Shown here: positions 62,546-64,000 of the stretch, piece by piece
How positions within the stretch are numbered: the first letter of the stretch is position 1
Layout of the letters: each line of letters opens with the position of its first letter
IMG/VR virus record: IMGVR_UViG_3300045988_079665
Strand: one strand, 5' to 3'
DNA: 64,000 nucleotides
Origin: a virus
The notes under the pieces: generated by a model
Told to the model about the DNA's origin: nothing
Seen by the model: the letters and a program-made list of their open reading frames with translations, nothing else
Databases searched by the model: none
Translations under genes and position numbers: made by a program

Positions 62546-63802
62546 ATGAAAGTATTAGCAAAAGACAATAAGATTATTACATTAAACAATCAACCAATCT
62601 TGCCTCAATATATAGAAAAAGAGCCGCCCAAGGAGTCGGACATCAATTTCTGGGACTACGACGGGACACTTTTGTATGCGTGGACACTCGCCGAGCTGGC
62701 CACAAAGACCGAGCTTCCGCCGCTTCCTTCACACGACGGGCTGATCTGTCAGGGTTGGAACTGGACGCTTGCCGACATCAAGGACGCAGACCGCGAGCTC
62801 GATATCGGCGCGCTGTATATCACAGATGACGGCAAGACAAGGATCTATGTCGACGTGGACACCGAGACGTGGGACGACTTTGTTTTAAACTATTGGCAGG
62901 GCACAAAAAGCGGCACAACGGTAGACTGGGGCGACGGAACGACCCCGGAAGCAATAAACGACTGGTCTTATATAGAGCATCGGCATGTGTACGCATCCAG
63001 CGGCTCATACGTGATCACTATGAGCGTCAAAGAGGGTGCGAAGATGTGGCTTGGAAGAGACGGTCGAATGCTGATTGCAAACGGTGGGACTGATAGTGGC
63101 CGCTGCGCGATGCTGCGGAAAGTCGAGGTCGGTGCAAGGGTAACGGCAACAGATCCGGATTGCTTTGAAAATTGTTGTAGGCTTGAGAGCGTCTCACTCC
63201 CGCAAACCTCGAAAGTAAATGCCTATCATGCATTTGTACAATGTCCACAACTGCGTGTGTTTGTTGCGGCGGATATGGATGAGATTCAGCGGACGTTTTA
63301 TAAGTGCTGCAATCTCCGCGCAATCGCAACACCGAAAGGGACGACGCAAAGTAATGATGAGTATGCCATCACAAGTACAGCAGTCCGGCAGGTAAATTTT
63401 GATATGACTGCTGCCACCACGGCCGAAGCCCTCGAGCGCGTCCATATCAAGGCTGTCAACGGGCAAGTTGGAGATTTCAATTCCTGCCGCGCTCTGTTGG
63501 AAGTCACCATCCCGGCGGACGCTACAACCTTCGTCGCTGCCGCATTTTCGGGCGACAACGCGCTGCGCAGGGTGACATGCCTCGGGGACATCGCAAGCAT
63601 CCCGGCGCAGGTGTTCCAGCGATGCTATCCGCTACGGTTTGTGGACTTCACGCGCTGTACGGCTGTTCCAACGCTGGCCAACGTCAACGCGTTCGATCAG
63701 ACGCACGCACAGCTGGAAATCAGGGTTCCCGCATCGCTTGCGGATGCGTGGAAAGCGGCGACAAACTGGAGTTCACTGGCAGACCATATTGTGGGGGTAT
63801 GA
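62546..63802 (+). CDS. chimeric fibre protein: phage-type N-terminal 25 aa + GC-rich BspA-like leucine-rich-repeat domain
   Basis: CFENCCRLESVSLPQ...AFVQCPQLRVF...FYKCCNLRAI LRR_5-like repeats; composition switch at about 62620. Confidence 0.6.
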   Translation: MKVLAKDNKIITLNNQPILPQYIEKEPPKESDINFWDYDGTLLYAWTLAELATKTELPPLPSHDGLICQGWNWTLADIKDADRELDIGALYITDDGKTRIYVDVDTETWDDFVLNYWQGTKSGTTVDWGDGTTPEAINDWSYIEHRHVYASSGSYVITMSVKEGAKMWLGRDGRMLIANGGTDSGRCAMLRKVEVGARVTATDPDCFENCCRLESVSLPQTSKVNAYHAFVQCPQLRVFVAADMDEIQRTFYKCCNLRAIATPKGTTQSNDEYAITSTAVRQVNFDMTAATTAEALERVHIKAVNGQVGDFNSCRALLEVTIPADATTFVAAAFSGDNALRRVTCLGDIASIPAQVFQRCYPLRFVDFTRCTAVPTLANVNAFDQTHAQLEIRVPASLADAWKAATNWSSLADHIVGV

Positions 63803-64000
63803 GCATGATCGTAAGAGAGCACTACAAAACGCGCACGGACGGCGTGGAGCTGTACCGGACGTACTCGGATGCGGGCTATCTCATCCGGCAGGTGGAGACG
63901 GGTGCAGAGTACGATGAGGCAATTGACATTGACGGTACGTCGTACACCTACACGGAAACTGGCAAGCTTGTCACAGACAATTTTGACATCGAGACGGCAA
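63799..64000 (+). CDS. GC-rich hypothetical protein, 5' partial at window end
   Basis: ATGA overlap with previous stop; frame open to the window edge. Confidence 0.5.
   Translation, partial: MSMIVREHYKTRTDGVELYRTYSDAGYLIRQVETGAEYDEAIDIDGTSYTYTETGKLVTDNFDIETA

Noticed and set aside
59012-63802. Diversity-generating retroelement acting on the fibre genes
   Set aside because: There is no reverse transcriptase in the window and no template/variable repeat pair. The only shared segment is the short N-terminal module.
62546-64000. GC-rich end as host chromosome (a prophage attachment junction)
   Set aside because: The ORF is continuous across the composition switch and encodes a plausible fibre-type LRR protein, translationally coupled (ATGA) to the next ORF. 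No integrase or att-like repeat was seen.

Overview
This window looks like a segment of a low-GC (Firmicutes-type) tailed phage, probably a large SPbeta-like siphovirus. No rRNA, CRISPR array, integrase or reverse transcriptase was seen. All calls come from reading the sequence and ORF track and from remembered motifs. No search or folding tool was run.

**1-19.2 kb, mainly leftward early region.**
- About 45 very small genes sit in mini-operons behind reiterated near-perfect TTGACA-17-TGNTATAAT promoters.
- Recognisable products are HU, a membrane-anchored SleB-type hydrolase, a Lar-like protein, dCMP deaminase, a DUF1599/MazG-like protein and a DUF4041-T5orf172 protein.
- A 1.8 kb promoter-driven, ORF-free structured-RNA locus with non-canonical tRNA-like elements lies at 0.8-2.6 kb. 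A further odd class-II tRNA lies at 3.3 kb.
- Two AT-rich repeat/palindrome regions (8.1-9.1 kb and 12.1-13.3 kb) flank a more GC-rich 3 kb gene cassette.

**19.4-27.3 kb, rightward.**
- A GIY-YIG homing endonuclease.
- A YonO-like single-subunit two-barrel RNA polymerase.
- A TnpB-only IS605-family insertion with its presumed omega-RNA.
- Two divergent HU-like genes and a metallophosphoesterase.
- A second promoter-driven, ORF-free structured RNA of about 0.93 kb (26.3-27.3 kb).

**27.3-64 kb, late region.**
- Terminase, portal, capsid, tail, lysis and fibre genes.
- The tape-measure gene is split by two related group I introns. One carries a promoter plus a small membrane-protein ORF. The other carries a DUF559/Vsr-like nuclease.
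- An HNH-NUMOD3 endonuclease is inserted among the head-tail genes.
- A fibre-module gene is broken at a T8 run.
- Base composition switches abruptly at about 62.62 kb inside an LRR fibre gene.

The strongest candidates for something undescribed are the two large structured-RNA loci and the class-II tRNA with the anticodon loop CCUAUAC.
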